Assembly: GCA_963666205.1 (NCBI GenBank)
Contig: OY762654.1
Coordinates: 1,088,001 to 1,152,000 of the forward strand
DNA from: Synergistales bacterium
Lineage (GTDB): Bacteria; Synergistota; Synergistia; Synergistales; JAFGMB01
DNA: 64,000 nt
Direction: 5' to 3'
Under the pieces are notes generated by a model. That model had not been told where the DNA came from. It was given only the letters and a program-made list of their open reading frames with translations, and did not search any database. Shown piece after piece: positions 58,025-64,000 of this stretch (the first letter of the stretch is position 1; every line of letters starts with the position of its first letter). A program made the position numbers and the translations under genes.

Positions 58025-58658
58025 TGTCCCCTGGTGCCTCCCTTCGGGAAGATCCACCCTTTGCGATCTTCATCCTTATAAAATCTTCCCTTTCTCCCTC
58101 TTCAAGGACATTCGAGATCATGGCAATACCTCTTCTGTAAGAGGGGATGACCACCTTCTCGAGGGCATTAACCCTCCTGAAGGTCTTTCTTATCTGAACG
58201 GCAAGCCTGTAAACACTCGTTTCGAGTTCCGCCAGTCTGGCCAGAAGACTCAATACTTTTCTTGCATGAAGATAGGCATTGTCCATGGCTCCGGAGGTTC
58301 CGAAAAATGAATAGCATGGGATGGGATCTGGAGGGACTGGATCCACACTTGGGATCTCCACCCCCATTACGGAGCGCAGGCGTATGGTAAAGGAAGTCTC
58401 CTCCGGGACAGAGTGGGCTATCTCCTCCACGCTATCGATACCAAGGGAAAGATTGGCCATCTGAAGGCTTGTATATGAATCAGAGAATATCTTCTGTATA
58501 TCTTCCTGGATCTGCCGGCTCTCCTGGATACGTTCCACCAGTTCCATCATGAGAACCTGCCTTTTCTGTTCCAGAAGGTCGTGACCCTTTCGGGCAAGGG
58601 AAAGAGATCCCTTCAGTTTGACCATGTTGCCCCGGGTAGGTGCCAGGTTTCTATTCAA
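58014..58658 (-). CDS. ntpD: V/A-type ATPase subunit D
   Basis: PTRGNM, GHDLLEQKR, VMGVEIP, KTFRRVNALE.VVIP, LEE.EREDF.RMK. Confidence 0.95.
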   Translation of the reverse strand: MNRNLAPTRGNMVKLKGSLSLARKGHDLLEQKRQVLMMELVERIQESRQIQEDIQKIFSDSYTSLQMANLSLGIDSVEEIAHSVPEETSFTIRLRSVMGVEIPSVDPVPPDPIPCYSFFGTSGAMDNAYLHARKVLSLLARLAELETSVYRLAVQIRKTFRRVNALEKVVIPSYRRGIAMISNVLEEGEREDFIRMKIAKGGSSRREAPGDNGA

Positions 58659-59021
58659 ATTGAGATCTCACCCCTGAGTATGTAAATGTGAAACAGGCCT
58701 ATGGTGAATGCTGTTCTTTCTTTCTGAACTTTGATACATTCTGAATTTAGAGCTTTCACAAAACTATGTCAATGACTATTTCCCGGTCATCCAAAAAAGA
58801 AATGTTTCACAGGATAAACCGGGGCGATTTCGGCGAAAAACACCTCAAAACTCCTTAAAGAAAGTATATTCCCCTCCTGGCATACTTCCAGGTAGATTCT
58901 CAGGTATTTATTGTTGGATAAACCTTAACCCTATACAATAGATAAGGAAGTAAATTGATCTTCATAGATAGATTAAGGAAAGACATCCAATGTTCCTGAG
59001 AATGCCAGCCCTTCAATATAA

Positions 59022-60743
59022 ATGAAAAAAGTTTTCCCCGAAAGGGAAGCCTTTCATTCTGGAGTGATGAGTAAAATGGACAATATATCCTGTTACAAAC
59101 AACCTTCCCCGGGAACCTTTCCGGATGGTGAGTATCCTTTAAAGACAAGACTCAATATCTCCCGCCTGCTGTTATTAATTCTGACAGCGGCCCTTATGCT
59201 GACATTGACACAGACCCTTCAGGCTTCTGATAACACATCAGCCGCCCTCGAAGAGATCCGCATGGAAAGACAGGGGATCAATTCCAACTGGATCCGGGTC
59301 AGGGAATCCCTTCTGAAGGAAGATGCAGGGGACCCCTTCAATCTACCCAGGGCATGGAGCTTTACAGGCCATATCGTCCTGGATGGAGAACAAACTGCCC
59401 TGACCGCAGAGGGAAAGGGCAGATTAACCTACAGCCTCAAAGAATATTTTGCAGGCAACCTGGTGATCATATACCTTTACGATCCTTCTTCAGGGGAATT
59501 CAGACCGACGGATCAGGCCATAATGAACACCGTATCTACAGGGATAGAGTTACAGAATGCAGAACTGTTTTTACCCTTTGCCCGTACCGAGGGTCCTGAG
59601 AATGAAAGACCCCTGACAATTAAAGAATTCTCTCCCGACAGGGATGAGTTTTTCCCCGGTTTCCACTCAGAGGTCATAAGGGGATCCGCACAGGGTCAGA
59701 ATATGGAACTTGACATATACTCCCCAGAGCTGAACCTGCCCATGGAAGGGGAAATGATCACCCTTGACCGTTTTAACATGAGTCTCCGAATTCCTCTGAA
59801 TGATCTGACAGGGGCTGTAAAGGGAAGAGATCTTTTCTTCAATAGAAAATTAAAAACAGGTAACAACATTGCAGTACTGTCAGCTGAGATAAGATTTGAA
59901 GACCCGGAAGTCGCCATAGCCTTACCGTATGATGAAATACTTGTCAACAGAACTACAGGCAATGATACTGATAACATATTGCCTCTACGGGCAAAAAATC
60001 CAGATAAAAATAAACACTGCAGTTACCGGTTCATTATTCTTAAAGGGATGGACAATGTCACCTTTCCAGGAGGTAACAGAGAGATGATCACATCATCAGG
60101 AGAAGCAGACCTGAAGCTTCTCACACCAAATACTGAGATCGATGATGTGATCCTTGAAGTACTTAGGGACTGTCCTGACGGACAGAGACATTCAGACCTG
60201 GTTTCACTCACCTTGAGAAAACCAGCTAACCTCAGGAGTATGGAAGATCTTCAACTCAGAGAAAGGGGATATTCCCCCTTTATCAGTTACAGGGAAATGC
60301 TTTTGGAAGGAAGACCCTATGAATTGAATCTCCCTGGAAAAAGCAGAGAAAAAATAACGGATGGATATTCGCGGATGTTCCTTTACCAGGTCATTGACCA
60401 GTTCGGCGTTCCCATCCGAAAAGAAGGACTTAAGGGAGAATCCAGGATAACCCTTACGGAAGAAAAAGCTGATTACAGGGTTGGAGGAACACCTCTTCCC
60501 CTGCTTATGGGTTATGAACAGGTTCCGGAAGGGGGAAACACTTTCAGAAAAGACTTGTTTACCGGAAAGGAAGGGTTGTTACCTGACAGGATAAACCTTC
60601 CTGTTTCTGGAGGATCATACGGGATACCCTCTGATATGGAAGTAACCATTGAACAGAAGATATACCTTATGGGATGGCTTTTAGGGTCACGGCAACTTCA
60701 CCTGACCGAAAGGGAAGTGAACGCCGGACCATGGAAAAGATAA
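59022..60743 (+). CDS. Hypothetical, probably exported protein
   Basis: 573-aa ORF with a hydrophobic signal-like segment ending TLQA; start uncertain; no family recognised. Confidence 0.7.
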   Translation: MKKVFPEREAFHSGVMSKMDNISCYKQPSPGTFPDGEYPLKTRLNISRLLLLILTAALMLTLTQTLQASDNTSAALEEIRMERQGINSNWIRVRESLLKEDAGDPFNLPRAWSFTGHIVLDGEQTALTAEGKGRLTYSLKEYFAGNLVIIYLYDPSSGEFRPTDQAIMNTVSTGIELQNAELFLPFARTEGPENERPLTIKEFSPDRDEFFPGFHSEVIRGSAQGQNMELDIYSPELNLPMEGEMITLDRFNMSLRIPLNDLTGAVKGRDLFFNRKLKTGNNIAVLSAEIRFEDPEVAIALPYDEILVNRTTGNDTDNILPLRAKNPDKNKHCSYRFIILKGMDNVTFPGGNREMITSSGEADLKLLTPNTEIDDVILEVLRDCPDGQRHSDLVSLTLRKPANLRSMEDLQLRERGYSPFISYREMLLEGRPYELNLPGKSREKITDGYSRMFLYQVIDQFGVPIRKEGLKGESRITLTEEKADYRVGGTPLPLLMGYEQVPEGGNTFRKDLFTGKEGLLPDRINLPVSGGSYGIPSDMEVTIEQKIYLMGWLLGSRQLHLTEREVNAGPWKR

Positions 60744-60830
60744 TAAAATTAACAAGATTAAATTCAGACATTTAACAGGGTGTATAATATTAAGACAGTT
60801 TATTTTCAACCCCAGTCAGGAGGGACAAAT

Positions 60831-61280
60831 ATGAGAAGATTTTCCTGTGTTCTTATGGCAACCATTATATTGTTAATTACCTGCAGCTGTGTTTTTGCAT
60901 ACCCGAGTTATGTAGCATCACCGAGGCAGGTCTTCGATGACGGTGCAGCCCCTCAGGATCTGCGTCTTATCCAGGAGTTCAGGAACAGCTATCTGGATGG
61001 TTTTCCCAATCCCTCGTACCAGAGCATAGCCAGGGAATTTGAAGATTATTTTGGTGGCAGCAGATGGTGGAACTACGATGAATACAATGTTGTAATGGCA
61101 GGCCTTACCTATGCCAACGGAAGAAAATCCAGGGTCAGGGTATCCTTCTACAGGGAAGGTTACGAACCCGTCTGGATAAGCTACGTTCAGATCGACGGTA
61201 AAGTAGTTTACCGCTGGGATGATGAATATAACCCACTGAACCTTAATGATCTGCTCAGGGAAATATACAGCCTGCACTGA
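60831..61280 (+). CDS. Hypothetical exported protein
   Basis: GGAGGG precedes ATG 60831; signal peptide ending VFA-Y. Confidence 0.7.
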   Translation: MRRFSCVLMATIILLITCSCVFAYPSYVASPRQVFDDGAAPQDLRLIQEFRNSYLDGFPNPSYQSIAREFEDYFGGSRWWNYDEYNVVMAGLTYANGRKSRVRVSFYREGYEPVWISYVQIDGKVVYRWDDEYNPLNLNDLLREIYSLH

Positions 61281-61373
61281 AGGGAATAAACTTTCAGTGC
61301 GACCATTCTGAAACAAAGGGAAACTCCCCAGTTATAAATACAGGTACTGAACTTTAAATCCCCTCTTTCCTTT

Positions 61374-62555
61374 CTACTGGAAAGAGGGGATTTCCTTTTT
61401 CCCGGAAGAGATGACAGGTTTCCAGAAATATATGTACACCAGGGGAGAGATCAGAAACACAGCCCCTGCAACAATCTGAAATGCCCTCGTGTAATCGAGA
61501 AGTGCTGACAGGTAGCCTATGATCAGAGGGCAGATAAAGAAGGACAAAGCCATGAGGAACCACACCATGGATGTCACCTTCGGTCTCAATCTCGGAGGCG
61601 CAACATCACCAGCAAGAGCAAGGTGCATGGGGAAACCATAACCCATACCAAGCCCGAAAAGAATTCCGCATATCATGAACAGCAAGTTATTCCAGGCAAA
61701 GGTAGAAAGGAAAAGTCCTGCTGAAGTCAGGGCAAACATGGGAGCTGCAAGCTTCATCCGGGGAAACCTGTCAAGGTGCCTGAAGAGGAAAAGCCTTATG
61801 AAAACAGAAAGGGCAGCATTCGCCGAGATGAAAAATGAAGGGACCAGACCTTTTTCCATAGCCAACCCAGCCACGGAGAGGATACATGCGTCTGTGAATG
61901 AAAAAAAGATTATTGAGACGAAAAGCGCCCGTACTGAAGGAAGTCGGAAAAGATCTGAATAAGTGCCCCAATCCTGTTTTTGTCTCTTTTCATATCCAAC
62001 CTCCTCTATTTTAAAAGACATAACCAGAATAAGTGAAAGAAAGGATACCAAAGGTCCAAGCCATATGTAAAAAAGAGGATGTCCATGATGTAAAAGCCAG
62101 TCCGCCAGGGGAACCGCTGTGACTAAAGGAGCGATACATCCGGCGGACACAAGGGCAAAGGAGGACCCCCTTATCTCATCCGGCACTGAAATAACCTGGT
62201 AGGTTGTAAGGCTTACAAGAAAAAGGCTAGAGGAAACTCCTGTAAGGATCCTCCAGAAAAGGATCTGGGTAATTGAAGAACCCGCCAGGGCAACTCCTGC
62301 ACTGCTGACAAGGTTTACCGATGCGGCTATAACAAGGGTCAGGTAAAATCCGTACTTCTCCACCAGCCTCACTACGAGAGGTCTTGAAAAAGTTGAGGCA
62401 GCATAATAAGAACCAAGAACCCAGCCAATTACACCAGGATCAACAATACCATAGGTGTTGAGATAAGGAGCAAGAAGATAATAGACGTTGCTCAGGCTCA
62501 TCAGGGCAAAATTGGCAGCAAAAAATTTAAATATAAGAAATCTGTAGTTTTTCAT
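61374..62555 (-). CDS. MFS transporter
   Basis: About 12 TM segments, RILTG, IRGSS, GLGMG motifs. Confidence 0.85.
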   Translation of the reverse strand: MKNYRFLIFKFFAANFALMSLSNVYYLLAPYLNTYGIVDPGVIGWVLGSYYAASTFSRPLVVRLVEKYGFYLTLVIAASVNLVSSAGVALAGSSITQILFWRILTGVSSSLFLVSLTTYQVISVPDEIRGSSFALVSAGCIAPLVTAVPLADWLLHHGHPLFYIWLGPLVSFLSLILVMSFKIEEVGYEKRQKQDWGTYSDLFRLPSVRALFVSIIFFSFTDACILSVAGLAMEKGLVPSFFISANAALSVFIRLFLFRHLDRFPRMKLAAPMFALTSAGLFLSTFAWNNLLFMICGILFGLGMGYGFPMHLALAGDVAPPRLRPKVTSMVWFLMALSFFICPLIIGYLSALLDYTRAFQIVAGAVFLISPLVYIYFWKPVISSGKKEIPSFQ

Positions 62556-62719
62556 TGAAAACCTTTAACTATTTTAATTTTCATTCCACATAGATAACAT
62601 TCTTGACCATTTGCTTGTAAATGAAATTACAAAGCACAAGATATAAAATATACAAAGTCAAGAAGAAACTAATCCACTATATATTCTTTATTTTGTCATG
62701 ACCAGGTTTTAATAGTTTT

Positions 62720-63916
62720 TTAAAGTACTTTTTCTTCATGATCCTTAAAAAAATCTATTACGGTCTGCGCAAAAACCGCTGGACCTATCCAAAGAACATC
62801 TTCATTGATATCAAATTTTGGATGATGATGTGGATATTGTGTATCCCTATCTGATCTAAAAGACCCCAGGCTGAAAAAGGTCCCTTTGGTTTCCAGGAGA
62901 TAATAAGCCATATCTTCTGCACCCATGCCCGGTCTTTTAATCTCGACAATATTCCTTTTACCCACGATTTTTGCCGCTGATTTCGCAAAGAAGCGAGTGA
63001 AGTCTTCATCGTTTAATACCGCAGGATAAAATTTTCCGTATGTTATTTCTGCCTCTGCCCTGTTTGCTTGAGCAATTGAGGCACATATCTCCCTGAACCT
63101 TTTTTCTATGAATAGCCTGTCGTCCTGATCTAATGTTCGGATAGTTCCTTTAAATTCCACTGTTTCGGGTATAACGTTAGTGGTGGTACCTCCCTGAATC
63201 ATACAAATGCTTAAAACCGCTTCATGGGTGGGATCGATCTCCCTGCTGACTATGCGTTGAAGAGAAGTTATCATTTCTGAGGAAGTTATGATAGGGTCTA
63301 TACACTGATGCGGTCTTGCTCCATGACCTCCATGGCCTCTCACCTTAACGCTGAATGAGTCTACAGCTGCCATCATTGACCCATAACGAATGCCGATCTG
63401 TCCATCCCCAACTTCTTTGAACAGTTGGCCTATATGCAATCCAATTACCGCATCGACGTGAGGGCCTTTCATACACCCCTCATCGATCATGATTTTAGCG
63501 CCCCCGGTAGTTTCTTCTGCAGGCTGAAAGATCATTTTTACAGTCCCCTTAAGGAGATCCTTATTCTCTGCAAGAATTTTTGCGGTGCCCAAAAGCATTG
63601 CCGTATGGGCATCATGTCCACAGGCATGCATATTGCCATTTACGGATGCATAATCAAGACCAGTCTCTTCTTTTATCGGAAGGCCATCCATATCTGCTCT
63701 AAGAGCAATTGTAGGACCAGTCTCATCACCACTGATCAAGGCCAATACCCCGGTCCTGGCCATAGTTTCATAGCTGATACCCATTTCGTTCAACCTGTCT
63801 TTGACAAATTGAGAAGTCTGAAAAAGATCAAATCCTATTTCTGGTATCTGGTGTAATCGGCGTCTCCATTCAATAATATCCGAATGGATATCCTTAGCAG
63901 ATTGCTTCGCATTCAT
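62720..63916 (-). CDS. M20D-family amidohydrolase
   Basis: RRRLHQIPE, LRADMDGLP, MHACGHDAH, FQPAEE, GGHGA, AEDM, HHPKF. Confidence 0.93.
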   Translation of the reverse strand: MNAKQSAKDIHSDIIEWRRRLHQIPEIGFDLFQTSQFVKDRLNEMGISYETMARTGVLALISGDETGPTIALRADMDGLPIKEETGLDYASVNGNMHACGHDAHTAMLLGTAKILAENKDLLKGTVKMIFQPAEETTGGAKIMIDEGCMKGPHVDAVIGLHIGQLFKEVGDGQIGIRYGSMMAAVDSFSVKVRGHGGHGARPHQCIDPIITSSEMITSLQRIVSREIDPTHEAVLSICMIQGGTTTNVIPETVEFKGTIRTLDQDDRLFIEKRFREICASIAQANRAEAEITYGKFYPAVLNDEDFTRFFAKSAAKIVGKRNIVEIKRPGMGAEDMAYYLLETKGTFFSLGSFRSDRDTQYPHHHPKFDINEDVLWIGPAVFAQTVIDFFKDHEEKVL

Positions 63917-64000
63917 AGCCTCATCCTCCGATCGTTTATTTGATCACAATTTGGATGGATAGTAAAAACAGAACGATACTACCCCACTGGCCGATATAAT

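Noticed and set aside
62616-62633. Rex-like palindrome TTGTAAATGAAATTACAA upstream of the MFS gene
   Set aside because: Several mismatches to TTGTGAA-N4-TTCACAA in a very AT-rich spacer, and only one occurrence
1-64000. CRISPR arrays, tRNA/rRNA genes, integrases, transposases, prophage or defence genes
   Set aside because: None recognised by eye; almost all of the sequence is accounted for by metabolic, transport and regulatory genes

Overview
A gene-dense chromosomal window from an anaerobic bacterium, very probably Synergistota (inferred from a SYNERG-CTERM-type sorting tail at ~16930-17039 and the amino-acid/C1 metabolism genes). It holds about 55 CDSs. From left to right: a Spy/CpxP-like chaperone and CpxRA-like two-component system split by a class I aminotransferase; panE; a DtxR/MntR regulator with metal and oxidative-stress neighbours; scattered cobalamin salvage genes; a malate module (CitA/CitB-type two-component system, malic enzyme, TRAP transporter); iclR-panB divergent from fhs-folT-folD; an Eat-like permease with four small membrane ORFs; an RpiR-led aconitase X / opine dehydrogenase / racemase / TRAP / USP operon; nadE; a complete V/A-type ATPase operon in the order D-G-C-I-K-F-E-A-B; an MFS transporter; and an M20 amidohydrolase. 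I saw no rRNA, tRNA, CRISPR array, integrase or transposase. Signals the ORF track does not show: (1) a 28-aa Ile/Val/Leu/Phe/Tyr-rich leader peptide with attenuator before the first aminotransferase; (2) a structured, terminated ~130-nt transcript under a putative DtxR box, either an sRNA or a cis-acting switch; (3) two neighbouring secreted-protein genes each interrupted by one in-frame TGA; (4) a shared putative IclR operator linking panB to fhs-folT-folD; (5) the AcnX/opine dehydrogenase operon of unknown substrate. All family calls come from motif recognition by eye; no searches were run.
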